A DNA stretch of 28,952 bases from Tubiluchus corallicola. Its lineage: Eukaryota; Animalia; Priapulida. This document shows positions 12,994 to 24,774 of this stretch, in pieces (positions within the stretch are counted from its first letter, which is position 1; each line of letters starts with the position of its first letter). The stretch is from NCBI GenBank assembly GCA_030141605.1, contig JAQGDQ010001248.1, forward strand, positions 23,428 to 52,379, in the 5' to 3' direction. The notes under the pieces were generated by a model that was not told the DNA's origin, ran no database searches, and saw only the letters and a list, made by a program, of their open reading frames with translations. The translations under genes and the position numbers were made by a program.

Positions 12994-13332
12994 TGTTGTG
13001 TTTTGTTTCTCTCGTAGAGAAAACACGTCGTCCAGTTAAACTACTTTATTATACGAGAATTCTACAACACAAAAGTATGAAAGAACGCGAACTGTTTACA
13101 GTAAATGTGATAATCTGGAAACGTGAAAGCGTATCTGAGAATCTGAGAATACGAGGATACAAGCGAATGTGAGAGAATAAACTCCAGCCGCCAGCTCCGC
13201 CTTATATATTACTGCCAGGGAACAATCTAGAAATAGAAATTTCTCGAAACTTCTACAAGGTAAGAAGATTGTTCTGCTATACTATCGAACATTCTACAAT
13301 ATTCTATTTAATTCTAGTGGATCTCCACAACA
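12994..13332 (-). mobile_element. Solo LTR of an LTR retrotransposon (339 bp)
   Basis: Ends TGTTGTG...CACAACA (7-bp inverted termini, TG..CA); flanking 5-mers TGAAT (12989-12993) and TGAGT (13333-13337) look like a TSD with one mismatch; minus-strand TATATAA (13208-13202) followed by AATAAA (13050-13045). Confidence 0.75.
13235..13254. promoter_or_regulatory. Perfect four-unit heat-shock element inside the solo LTR
   Basis: aGAAa-tTTCt-cGAAa-cTTCt; imperfect nGAAn arrays at 13219-13233 and 13286-13305; lies just upstream of the minus-strand TATATAA. Function untested. Confidence 0.6.
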
Positions 13333-13494
13333 TGAGTAACCATAAAGTGTGGCAGAAACGCTAATATTTTTTAATCACAATTAATAATTCGTTTATGTTG
13401 CCACAGATATTCGCTAAAGTTAAAACATGGCACGTAAGGATATCGTCTTATTACATGCAATTCTACAACTCTTCTCAGAGATAAATCATTTATC

Positions 13495-14260
13495 AGATGA
13501 TGATGATAAGTCTTTATTAGCCTCCTTTTGCAGGCAAAATATCTGTACCAACATTACATAGTCAATTACATAACATTATACAATTTTACATAGACACTAT
13601 ACAGAGTGAATTCTACTATATTACATTTACGGATTCTGTAATTAGCTTTTCTAATTTGTACGTATAACATTTCTTACAGTGATATTAAACAAGGAGTATT
13701 GAAGTACGTGCTAAAATCAAGGTGATTAATGCAGCAAGTTTCCTGTGAAGTAACATAAAAATGCAGATAAATTGATATAGCAAATTATTAGATTCCAATT
13801 CAATGTTTAAATGTACAAGAGTTACAATCAGTAATCTCAAGAACTACACAAATTTAATCCCGCCTATTTTACTAAAAATTAAGAGCAGAATCTTAAAATG
13901 AAAGGGTCCTTTACAAAGTAGGTTAGTGCCGATATTAAATTTTCATTTTTGGTCCAATACACAAGATTTAAATTTTCATTTCCCTGTTCGTTTAGTAGTA
14001 CATTTCGCCTGTCGACGTCGACTCGAGGACATCGGTATATCAAGTGTTCTGGATTCTGGGCTTTTATACCACATTCACAAAGCTCAGCTCTAGCAAATCC
14101 AATATGACTCATCAACTCATTAAAATGTCTCTGTCCAGTCAACAACCTCACAGCTGCTACTTCTACTCTTCTTTCGGATTTTCCAACTTTTAAAGTAAGA
14201 GTCTGATCTAAATTTTTATGCGACAAATTAGCTGTAGTTTCCCCACGTAGCTGAGAATTC
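13495..14260 (-). mobile_element. 5'-truncated non-LTR retrotransposon, family B
   Basis: ORF 13879-14226 has RLLTG..FN...LCECG..Q.PEHLIYRCP (LINE C-terminal knuckle); ends AATAAAGACTTAT(CAT)n. Confidence 0.8.
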
Positions 14261-14784
14261 GTTTTTAGTTTTTTTATTCCATTTCATATTTAAATAGGAT
14301 TGTGTATCATTTTGACGGTAGTGAGACACGCTGTGATGTAACTCTGCCACAATTTATCAGAGGAAAAGCGAAAAAATGTTACAGCAAATATAGGAAGAAT
14401 GTGGGCGCGAAACGCAGGTAGAATTTCAACCAGGTGGCACCCACTTCCTCAATGGCATTCTAAATGCTATTAATCTAAGAATTATTGGTGATAATTACAT
14501 CGCTTGGGGGTACATATGATGGCAAAGTGACACTAACAGTTATGAAAATCATGTGTGGCCCCGCCGTGCGAGGGAGGGAAGGTCTCGCAACATTCCGATT
14601 AAATCAGTACATATGCTGTCTGAAAGTTTAACAGAAAGTGTTAGTTTGTGAGGGAGTTCTCAGACGTGATTGCAGCGAATGCAGAAATTGATCATCTTTT
14701 TTGAAAAATGAACAAGAAGACGTATTAAAAGCAGTCTGTATGCAACAGCAAAACAGTAATGAAGTCGATTAGTTTATATCATGG

Positions 14785-15595
14785 CCTTTGGTTTAAACAT
14801 GATCTATTGAAGGTGTAACATCAGACTAGGTTTGAAACAGACAGTTTTACAACTGATATGTATTCTCCCCTAGTGGGAGCGAAACTCTAGACAGATGCAG
14901 AACAATAGTGACCACAATGTACAAAAAATGTTGCAATAAATATGAACATTACTATGTAACAAGAGTAACATAGTTAATATTATTTAAAGCGCTTGGTGTT
15001 TGAAATAAAAGACTGCACTAAAAAAAATTTGATTGTTCACAGAATTATCTAGGGCAGGTTCCCGTGCAGGAGCAAGTTCATTTGATGCAAGACTGTAAAC
15101 ATTGATGTTAAAAGCTGACAAAAGAGGGCAGGGATTTGTAAATAAGGCATGTCTGGCCTGGTGGTAAAGAGAGCAGCTAATTAAGTAATGACCGACTGTT
15201 TCATAAACAGATTCACATTGACAACTAGGTGATACCAGCGACCCGTCGTAATTTGTACATTTTCTGAAGTACAAATCATAATTAAGTTGACAAAACTCTC
15301 ATTCTAGTATGGTGTACAGATGAATTTCGAGTACCGTTTGAAAAGTAACCAGGCCGCTTATTAAAACGCATGTGATTCTTCAGTCGAGACTTAAAGATGT
15401 TTAAAGAGTTAGAGTTAGGGATATCAAGAGGTAAATTATTCCAGCACTTAACTGAGGCAAAAAAATAACATTTTCAAGTTTAAACAAAGAGCAAATATAA
15501 AGGCATGTTAAGTAATAGCAATAGTAATGAGTGCAGAGATTTGTAAATAAGTCGTGTCTGGCCTGGGGGCAAGGAGGGCATCTAATTAAGTAACG
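14785..15595 (-). mobile_element. Degenerate CR1/L2-like LINE 3' region
   Basis: WNNLPLDIPNSNSLNIFKSRLK (near 15380-15445) and SPSCQCESVYETVGHYLISCSLY motifs with frameshifts; 15538-15593 repeats 15132-15188. Confidence 0.75.
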
Positions 15596-15874
15596 ATATT
15601 TACCACAGAAAGTAAAGTAATGATAAAGATTTGTTCTGTATCTGGAATTTCCTGAGGAAATGTACGATGGCCATATCTAACAGTTTGATGTAGGGGAAGC
15701 AAAGGCAAACTTGACCCCTGGGATCAAATACCCATTAAAGAAGTAAAAAACTGTGTCAGCTGTTGGAAGATATGCATTCGTCTAATTTGCAGTAAAAATG
15801 GCGGACACATACAACACTTGCTGCAAACATTAACAATAGTTATAATAATAATAATTATAATAATCGTAATGACA

Positions 15875-16430
15875 TAGTAGCTAAAACTCTGTTCAGTAAA
15901 TATTGTCTACCCATTTTATTATACGGATGCGAAATTGGGTGTATATCAAACAATGAAGTTGATACCATTAGGGTAAAATGGAACACTGCTTAAAAAAGAT
16001 GCCGTTTTAGACAAAATGAAAGTGTCAAATTGTTAATGTATTTTTGTGGCACAATACCTGCGAGTTATATAATAGATAGTCGAAAATTAAACTTTGTGAG
16101 AAAAATTGCAAAGTCTTGCACATTGAGAATTCCAAAGCTATGCTACTATGTAAATAACAGTCAAGTAAATTTAAGATTTAAATATGGTTGTACTGTAGAT
16201 CTAAACGAATATGTAAAGTTAAAGGTTAAGAACTCATTTAAAGATGTTTTAAGATACCTATTATAGCTTCTTACAAAACTGTATAATGTAATATAATTAC
16301 AAGGGAACTACAATGTGTGGTTATTATAAAGTTGAATGTCTGTAGATATGTTACTTTACTAACATTGCATTACCTGTTTTGCTAACATCTTTATCTTTGT
16401 AAACTGTATATTTTTATACGAAATAAACTC
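15875..16430 (+). mobile_element. Degenerate LINE 3' end terminating in a (TAA)n tail
   Basis: Translates as LFSKYCLPILLYGCEIG...KWN (post-RT motif of non-LTR elements) with an in-frame stop; AATAAA at ~16422 is followed directly by the ATA microsatellite. Confidence 0.7.
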
Positions 16431-16474
16431 ATAATAACAATAATAATAATAATAATAGTAATAATAACAACAAC

Positions 16475-16562
<88 letters not shown>

Positions 16563-16568
16563 GTAGTA

Positions 16569-16608
<40 letters not shown>

Positions 16609-16747
16609 TAATAATAATAGTAATACTAATAACAGTAATAATAATGATAGTAAATCTAATAACAGTAATAATAATAATAGTAATAACAGTAACACTAACA
16701 ATAGCAATAACAATAACCATAACTATAACAACAATAACAACAACAAT

Positions 16748-16782
<35 letters not shown>

Positions 16783-16783
16783 T
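16431..16783. repeat. (TAA)n grading into (CAA)n microsatellite
   Basis: Direct inspection. Confidence 0.97.
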
Positions 16784-16802
16784 CACAGTAGATAATTTCG
16801 TT

Positions 16803-16876
16803 TAATCTGGAGGCCCCTCAGTTAGCTAATGCCCCTTGGCCGAAGTCCATGAAGCCTGTACTTTAATCCGGTACTG
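16803..16876 (-). mobile_element. Possible hAT-type DNA transposon terminal fragment (copy at 28759-28832)
   Basis: Begins CAGT(A/G)CCGGATTAA followed by GC-rich GGGGC motifs, resembling hAT MITE termini; no partner end found. Confidence 0.35.
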
Positions 16877-17046
16877 GTTGCTGGAAATCATAATAACTTT
16901 ATTACTTCACAACTAGCATTTATTCCGGCACGGCTAGCGCATTTAAAATAACGTCAGTTCGAAAAAAATCTATTCTGTCTATAAAAAATTTTGTTTATGA
17001 TTTACACATTTTAGACCCTCGATCAAAGAAACCTGAAGGGAATGTT

Positions 17047-17428
17047 GATGATAAGTCTTTATTAGCCTCTTTTTGCAGGCAAAAATATCTGCACTAACAT
17101 TATACAGTTTTACATAGACACTATACAGAGTGAATTCTACAATATTGCATTTACGGATTCTGTAATTAGCTTTTCTAATTCTTGCGTATAACATTTCTTA
17201 CAGTGATATTAAACAAAGAGTATTGAAGTGCGTGCTAAAATCAAGGTTATTAATACAGCAAGTTTCCTGTGAAGTAACATAAAAAAGCAGATAAATTGAT
17301 ATACCAAATTATTAAATTCTAATTCAATGTTTAAATCCACAAGAGTTACAATCAGTAATCTCAAGAACTACACAAATTTAATCCCTATTTTACTAAAAAT
17401 TAACAGCAGGATATTAAAATAAAAGGGT
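17047..17428 (-). mobile_element. Shorter 3' fragment of LINE family B (mirrored at ~28211-28597, + strand)
   Basis: Aligns directly with 13501-13908 (TGATGATAAGTCTTTATTAGCCTC ... AAAGGGTC). Confidence 0.85.
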
Positions 17429-17645
17429 CGAAGTGAAGAACTGAAAAAAATGCTACTATCCAACTACTAGCCACGGCTTAAATTCTAGTTTTCAAATGGT
17501 AAAATTATGACATTATTATGCTTGATAATGTCCCTGAGCAAGGCTGAAACATGGGACAATTAATACTTATTTTAAAGCAGAAACTTTGACCTTAACTTGA
17601 CATTGTTATCATGTAAAACAATAGTTGGGTGTAATACGTTCTACC

Positions 17646-17659
17646 GTTGCCCTGGTAAC
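17646..17659. promoter_or_regulatory. RFX X-box-like motif (copy at 27964-27977)
   Basis: GTTGCCCTGGTAAC fits the 14-bp X-box palindrome (GTTGCCATGGCAAC type) and lies in the least diverged part of the duplication. Confidence 0.5.
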
Positions 17660-17888
17660 TAAGCAAGCAGGGTAATTGTTGCACATTAAAAGCATGTTAA
17701 AAGAACCATCATCACTCGAAGGATTTTTGCCTAGCAAGACCAGATAACATTTATTAATAAATATTAAGTAAACCCGTTAACTGAAGGTTTAGGGACAATT
17801 TTGCAGTAAAGGAATTTAAATAAAAAAGAAAAAAGGAAAAAACCAGATGCGAACCAGAAGCCATGGGCATAACAGGGTTTAAACTTAC

Positions 17889-17990
17889 CCGTGTATCCCA
17901 TAACAGCGCCATCTTTCTTTGTTGAGGCTTCGACGCTATTTCCTCTGCCAGAATCACTGGAAATTGTTTTCAAACCATCAGTGCTGCCAC
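17889..17990 (-). CDS. Internal symmetric exon (102 nt, phase 1-1), GSTDGLKTISSDSGRGNSVEASTKKDGAVMGYT
   Basis: Polypyrimidine acceptor ctgtcttttttcttacag|, donor ACGG|GTAAGT, open frame; final G joins GT of the 12140 exon to give Gly. Confidence 0.85.
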
Positions 17991-18181
17991 CTGTAAGAAA
18001 AAAGACAGCGCATTTTAAATACACCTACTTTAAGGACACACCAGCTAATAATGTTTCTCTGTACCTTTAGAAAATTTTAACGAAACGAGAATCTAAAATT
18101 TTTGCTGTTTCTACGTTGTCATCTGAAACTGTTTTTCTTCTTCTAATATCGTTCTCTCTGCCCTCTCTCTCTCTTTCTCTC

Positions 18182-18228
<47 letters not shown>

Positions 18229-18481
18229 TTCTCTCTGTCAATTCTCAATTCTGTAAAACACATGATTGTAATATAATAAAGCATATAACATGGACCAAAA
18301 CTTTGACATATTTTTCGCGCCACCCAATACAAGCACTTAACAGATGCCGTCGGTTAATTGCAGGTGTAACAAATCTTGACCACCTGTCAAAACCTGAAGT
18401 TGTTTTTAAAGTTCAATGTGTCAGGTAGCGTACAATGTAATAGGCAGCAAAGCAGTGAAACTTTGCAATAATTGTTTAAAT

Positions 18482-18572
18482 AACAGTAATCCACCAGGCC
18501 ACTCTAATCGCAACGGTAATCTACCAGGCCACTCTAATCTGAAAAGTAATCCAACAGGCTCCTTTAATCTGC
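18482..18572. repeat. 30-bp tandem repeat x3
   Basis: GTAATC.A.CAGGC...T.TAATC unit repeated three times. Confidence 0.85.
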
Positions 18573-20065
18573 AGTAAGACTGATCACACCTGCCCAAGTT
18601 TAGCTTAAGAACTGTCATTAATTCACAGAATAAGAGTAATCAAAACGGTAAACAATGGGGAAGCTAAACAATGGCTAAGAACGAATTAAAATGAGATCAA
18701 ATCTAGAGCATTCGCAAAACTACTCAAAATAGGTCGTTTCTTGATGGTTTAATCCTTCTTTAGTTTTCAAACGTCTGAAATTGGCGGTTTACGTTTGTTG
18801 GTTTTAGACCAGAGTGAGGGGAGAAAGGAGAAGAGAAGGAGACAAAACATAAAGAATATAGGAGATAGATAAAAAGACAGACACACAGACAGGAGAGAGA
18901 TAAAGAGATGGGAAGAGAGAGAGACAACCCTCCCTATTTATCCGGGCTTGGGACCGGCACTGAGTTGGGCTGACTTACGAGGTGTCTAGGTTCTGTGGCA
19001 GCCATCATAATGACAAGTTTTATTTTGCAAAAAATAAGTTCGTATTTTTGGGGGGAAAATAAGTTCGAGCTACTTGCGGCTCAGTGAATCTATACTAAGA
19101 TTGGCAGCGGCGCCTTTTTGTCACATTCGCGTGGCCGACAAATAGAAGGCGGTACCGTGATAGCCATGATCATGAACAGCAGTGTTAGTTTCCCACGTCA
19201 TATGATGTAGAGCCCATTTTTCGTGACATCATGCGATTAAACAGTACTGTAACACTTATCTAAACGCGCTTAACGCGCAAGGGATCGTGCCTGCCATTGC
19301 ACAAACTGTGGTTAGTTTCTGACGTAAGCAATAACTGTGTTCGGTTGCCGTTAATTAACATTTTAAGCTAATTATTCAAATATAAGGAACAATTTTTAGC
19401 TTTTATAGGCAAGAAGATGCAAATTTTGAACAGTAAATTAAATGAGATTGAGTCTAAACAATCGTCCGGTCTTCCTTTAAGCAGACAAACGGGTGGACCA
19501 CGAAAGGGGGTTTTGGGGGTACTTGGGCTTTTTGGGGTAGCTTAAATGACAAAAGAAAGCGAAAGACGGCTACAAAACCGCTTTACAATGGCCCAAGGCA
19601 CATGAGAATGTTTGGATTTGCAAATGCCGCTGACCCTACATAAACATGGAACTAAACAACAACAACAAAGCAATGTTCGCTGTTTCTAAGTCAAAGTTCT
19701 TAAGCGTTTGCAAATTGTACATAAACAAAGCTTGCTTCTCTTGTAAACATGTGCAAAGCCATCAGCGCTTACGAAACACAAGATTTCTCCTATTGTATGT
19801 TAAGCTAGGTTCACTGGAAAATCGTAATCGCCATGTTTACACTCTCGATAAGCCGCAAAATTCCAAACTAAAAGCAAATAAACAACCATCTTATGCAGTT
19901 TTTTACTTCCAGTTTTATAGATGATGACAGTAAGCTGATTTAATCTCTTTATAACATTTTGAGAAATCTTTGACTTATTAACTTTTACCAGTTACTACAG
20001 TTGGATTTAAAGGAAAAGACAAGCAACTTAGCATGTTGGGTTTATTTTACTGTTGTCTCTTAAAC

Positions 20066-20125
20066 CAGTGGTTCCCAAGCTGTAGGTCATGTCCCAAATG
20101 GAGTAATGAGCCTTTTCTGGGGGGA
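20066..20125 (+). mobile_element. Possible hAT/Charlie-type terminal fragment
   Basis: CAGTGGTTCCCAAGCT resembles the CAGTGGTTCCCAAACT-type terminus; no partner end found. Confidence 0.35.
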
Positions 20126-20274
20126 GGAGACATGGAGGGTCCAACTGCAAGTACATTCAGCGCTCCGGAATGCCTTTATGAATACAATGGTTGAGTCAAT
20201 CTTTCTTAATAAACATTAATAAACATTAATAAGCATTAATAAGCATTAACAAGCATTGTGTTATTGAGATAATT

Positions 20275-20994
20275 CTGAAACCAAATTTGACAAAACGGAA
20301 GCAATGTGGGCTGGATTTGAACCAACAACATTTGAGTGACAAAACATTGTAACATTAATCTATATTTGCGCCCATATCTGCTTTACAAATTTTAATATTC
20401 AGAAATGTGAAGTTAATTTAAAAATATAAACATAGAAACGAACGAACCTATAATCTAAAACAGTTACTTACAAAAAACACCTATTTACACAATTCAGTGA
20501 GCAAAACACCAATCAACTTATGGAATTCAGCACCCCAAAGTATAAAATCAAAAGACGGATTAACAACGTTCAAAACAGAACTAAAAAACGAACTGGTGAC
20601 TCACAAAAGATTCTTTTATAAAAACGACAAAGTTGAATTCATCAATAATTGGAGAATATAAAAAAACGTGTAACGCTCTTCATTCATAATTTCATCATAA
20701 TATAAATGTCTATACTACAAAAATGTAGTACGGAAAGTTACATGGCAAAAAGGTAGCAAAAACTATCAAAAAGTATTAAAATTCACAATATTTCATAAGT
20801 CACCATCATGTCATCATGTAGACAAATTTGTAGATATGTAATATAGTATTTTAATGTTTTTATTCTTATAATTTTTAACTTACACTAATTGACACAATTG
20901 CACACATCAGTCTGTCACTGACTGGTTATACACTGATTTTATGTATGGTGTAATTTATTTTACTCTGTACTTGTGTATAATTTTTGCAATAAAG

Positions 20995-20997
<3 letters not shown>
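20275..20997 (+). mobile_element. Highly degenerate L1/Tx1-like LINE remnant
   Basis: LKPN/(F)DKTEAMWAG at 20275-20315 resembles the late RT motif; A-rich body; ends CAATAAAGATTT then (AT)n. Confidence 0.4.
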
Positions 20998-21036
<39 letters not shown>

Positions 21037-21390
21037 TTATATTTGTATTTGTATTTGTATTTGTATTTGTATTTGTATTTGTATTTGTATTTGTATTTGC
21101 ATTTGTATTTGTATTTGTATTTGTATTTGTATTTGCATTTGCATTTGCATTTGCATTTGTATTTGTATTTGTGTTCGTGTTCGTGTTCGTGTTCGTGTTC
21201 CTGTTCATGTTCATGTTCATGTTCATGTTCATGTTCATGTTCATGTTCATGTTCATGTTCATGTTCATGTTCATGTTCATGCTCATGTTCATGTTCATGT
21301 TCATATTCATATTCATATTTAAATTCACATTCACATTCACATTCGTAGTCGTATTCGTATTCATATTCATATTCATATATGTATATATAT
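20998..21390. repeat. Compound (AT)n / hexanucleotide microsatellite (TATTTA, TATTTG, CATTTG, TGTTCG, TGTTCA, TATTCA)
   Basis: Direct inspection. Confidence 0.97.
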
Positions 21391-21484
21391 AACTTAAATG
21401 AATGGCATTTTATAGGCATTGATACTAAGTTCACAATTGAGGTACTTTCTCGACTTTTAGCATATATCTTGTAATTTTACTTAC

Positions 21485-21548
21485 CTTTAGTCCGCATGAT
21501 AGAAATAACATTGCAAGGTCGCTGGGAGCTCAAAAGCCAGACGTACAT
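21485..21548 (-). CDS. Candidate alternative first coding exon (MYVWLLSSQRPCNVISIMRTK+G)
   Basis: Perfect donor AAG|GTAAGT at 21484-21479 in phase 1; in-frame ATGs at 21548 and 21497 with an upstream in-frame TGA; minus-strand TATAAA at 21813-21818 and 21821-21826. Confidence 0.4.
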
Positions 21549-21873
21549 GTACGAATTTTTGCACTCGGAAACACGAAAGTTAATAATTCATTAGAACTTG
21601 AATTTGCCAAGTGTTGACGATTAATGTCATTGGTGAATTGTAGCTGCTTCTGTGCGTTCAGTACTCAACTTGAGAATGTCGCAAACAAAAGTCAAAGTGT
21701 TGTAGAATTTCTGCGTTTTGTCTGAGGACACCTCAAAGAGAATAATTTCTCGAGTATAAAACTCAGTGAACAGTTGCAGCCTTAGGCATTGAGATTCAAC
21801 TCCTCTTCCTAGTTTATACGTTTATACAACTTCCTGTTTGTTAGACTAGAGTATAAATAGTTCAACCAAATAA

Positions 21874-22555
21874 CTCTTTCTTTTCTATCTCTCTTTATGT
21901 TCTCTCTCGCTCTCCCTCCCCTCCCTTTCTCTCTCTCTCTCTCTCTCTTTCCCTCTTTCTCTCTCTCTCTCTTTCGCTCGCTCTGTCTTTCTCTCTCTCT
22001 CTTTCTGTTCTCTCTCGCTGTCCCTCTCCTCTCTTTCTCTCTCTTTCTCTCTCTCTCTTTTGCTCGCTCTGTCTTTCTCTCTCTGTTTCTGTTCTCTCTC
22101 GCTGTCCCTCCCCTCTCTTTCTCTCTCTCTTTCTCTCTCTTTCCCTCTTTGTCTCTCTCTCTTTCGCTCGCTCTGTCTTTCTCTCTCTCTTTCTGTTCTC
22201 TCTTTCTGTTCTCTCTCGCTATCCCTCCCCTCTCTTTCTCTCCCTATCCCTCTTTCTCTCTCTCTCTCTCTTTCTCGCTCTCTCTTTCTCTCTCTGTTTC
22301 TGTTCTCTCTCGCTGTCCCTCCCCTCTCTTTCTCTCTCTCTTTCTCTCTCTTTCCCTCTTTGTCTCTCTCTCTTTCGCTCGCTCTGTCTTTCTCTCTTTC
22401 TTTCTGTTCTCTCTTTCTGTTCTCTCTCGCTATCCCTCCCCTCTCTTTCTCTCCCTATCCCTCTTTCTCTCTCTCTCTCTCTTTCTCGCTCTCTCTTTCT
22501 CTCTCTCTTTCTGCTCTCTCTCGCTGTCCTTCCCCTCTCTTTCTCTCTCTCTCTT

Positions 22556-22622
<67 letters not shown>

Positions 22623-22845
22623 TTTTTCTCTCCCTTTCTTTTTTTTCCTGACCCTTTATTTTTTATTCTCTGTCTCTTCTTCTTCACTCTCTCTCTCTCT
22701 TTCTCTCTCTGTCCTCTCTCTCTCTCTCCCTTTCTATTTTTTCTCTCTCTTTATTTTTTCTTCTCTGTCTCTTCTTCTTCCGTCTCTCTCTCTCTCTCTC
22801 GTCCTCTCTCACTGTCATTCTTTCCTCTCCAACTTCCTCTCTTTT
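21874..22845. repeat. Degenerate (CT)n tract with higher-order internal repeats
   Basis: Motifs TTCTGTTCTCTCTCGCT(G/A)TCCCTCCCC and TTTCGCTCGCTCTGTCTTT recur several times. Confidence 0.93.
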
Positions 22846-23454
22846 TTAACTCAATTTCGTTAATCTCGCAGCGTCTCATTCTATCCCCTCCAAACTCGTC
22901 TTGAACTCGACAAACAGGGGAAAATCTACATGTCACTAAAGCACAAAACTTTTCAACCGAAACAATGTAACAAATAGCTGCCCTCTCCGAATTTCCGCCC
23001 AATCGTTTAAACTATCAACACCTAGAAGGGACCACCCCCTGCTGATTGTCAATAAATCCGTGTGAATGGAACACGTGTTCTGGGGAAAAAATAATTAAGA
23101 ATTCATTGCCCTCGCTTTCGCATTGTGATAGACCTGCTAGAGCACTTTTGGTAGTGAAGCAGCTCAAATTCACCAATGCCATTAATGAATGTGGTCAAGC
23201 AAAAAAAGCATTACATTTCCCAGCATCCGAGAATGACCGGGCATTCATGTTTAGTCAAGGTGGCAGAAGTTTAAACATCGCTAAATTCGCTTGAATAATA
23301 ATGCAGGTTGGATAACCAAGGACGCGTATTCTGAACGACAAAGCTAAGACTCTAATGTACTTGTAAACATTACACTTTTAAAACCCACATAAAACGTTCG
23401 AGCTGCATGTTAATTCAGAAGTGTCCTTGGCGTATTTTAAGTAACATCGGTGAG

Positions 23455-23818
23455 GGCAGAGTGAGGAGAGAAAGGAGAAAAGAGAAGGAAAATGAGAGAA
23501 GGAGGCAAAGCATGAAGAATAAAGGTGAGGAGATAGATGAAGAGACAGAAATAGAAACAGGAGAGAGAAAAGAGATGGGGAGACAGAAACAGAAAGAGAG
23601 AAACAGACAGAGAGAGAGAAAGAGAGAGAGATGGAGATAGGGAGAGAGACAGAAAGAGAGAGAGCGAGAGAGAGAGACAGACAGAGAGAGAGAGAAAGAG
23701 AAAGAGAAAGAAAGCAAGAGAGAAAAAGAGACAGAAAGAAAAAGAGAGCGAGAGAGAGAGAGAGGAGAGCTTGGAACAAGAGAGGGAGAGGGATGAGAAG
23801 AATGAGAATCGAGAAAGA

Positions 23819-23855
<37 letters not shown>

Positions 23856-23860
23856 CGAGA

Positions 23861-23925
<65 letters not shown>
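23455..23925. repeat. Degenerate (GA)n tract
   Basis: Direct inspection. Confidence 0.95.
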
Positions 23926-23926
<1 letters not shown>

Positions 23927-24577
23927 TGTCTGTCAGTCAGTCAACCAGTAGATTCATCGAACGATATCAACCAACTAATCAATAAATCAATCAACCCTCA
24001 TTCAGTTAATAGAGTTGTCATCATTCGCGTCAACAATATTCTCGGATTAACCATACTTTCTATTATCCGTGGGGGGGAGATTAGCACGGATAATCTGGAG
24101 TACAATAAGACTATTGAATTGTCACCTACAGATGTTGAAAAACCAGTTCCGCTTTACACTAAAAACTAGCAAACCACAGTCAACCTTCCTCACCAATGTC
24201 TGACTTGCCATTCATTGAAATGTATCAGATACTTGACCTCCTTACTACGCGGGTAATTGTTCTTGAAACACAAGTCATTAATCATGATGAACGCATCAGG
24301 TTGTTCAACAATGCCACGCGCGTCATGAAAAGTTAAATAATCAAATATTTAACTTGACAATTAACACAATGTATGTTTTATAGGTCACGTGATTGATTGT
24401 TTTTAAATCATGATTAATGGTCTCAAGTCGAGGATGTAACGAAATTATCTGTTTATGTAACACGGTGCTTGAATAACTGGTTGCCATGACCAGGTTTTAA
24501 AGAGCGAATTTGTTAATTAAAATTCATCAGACAAGATGCAATGGACGAAGATGTTTCTATGAACTATGAACTGAGTG

Positions 24578-24774
24578 TCAAATGATGATTTTTGCGTACC
24601 TGTTCCTACGAATAATTAAAAAAGCATTAGTAATGCATGCAGATTTTGGTGATGGTAGAATTAAAATTCGTTGCATATCTGACCTCAGACTAGCCAGTTT
24701 ACTGACGCTAGTTTTCTCTTTGACACTGTCTTGCGAGTTACTGTCGACAAGAATTGCAAACTTTTCGACAGTCG
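24578..24774 (-). CDS. Candidate alternative or terminal exon following exon 1
   Basis: Acceptor ctaactcacag| at 24775, phase-1 frame open for 64 codons to TGA at 24580-24578; internal possible donor CAG|GTACGC at 24599 is phase 2 and has no matching partner that I can find. Confidence 0.3.

Larger units (their letters stand above)
16712..18449. repeat. Left arm of ~1.7-kb inverted segmental duplication
   Basis: Reverse complement aligns with 27201-28923 from AATAACCATAACTATAAC to TAATAGGCAGCA; ORF pairs 17764-18024/27599-27859 and 16979-17194/28446-28655 mirror each other. Confidence 0.97.

Noticed and set aside
18926-18980. GC-rich CCTATTTATCCGGGCTTGGGACCGGCAC motif that looks like a retroelement fragment
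   Set aside because: Single short occurrence; cannot assign a family without a repeat-library search.
21897-22904. 335-aa and 267-aa Ser/Leu/Phe ORFs
   Set aside because: Degenerate (CT)n tract, open in multiple frames.
24057-24125. Possible phase-1 exon with acceptor catctgtag|
   Set aside because: Weak donor (AAA|GTATGG) and no supporting homology.
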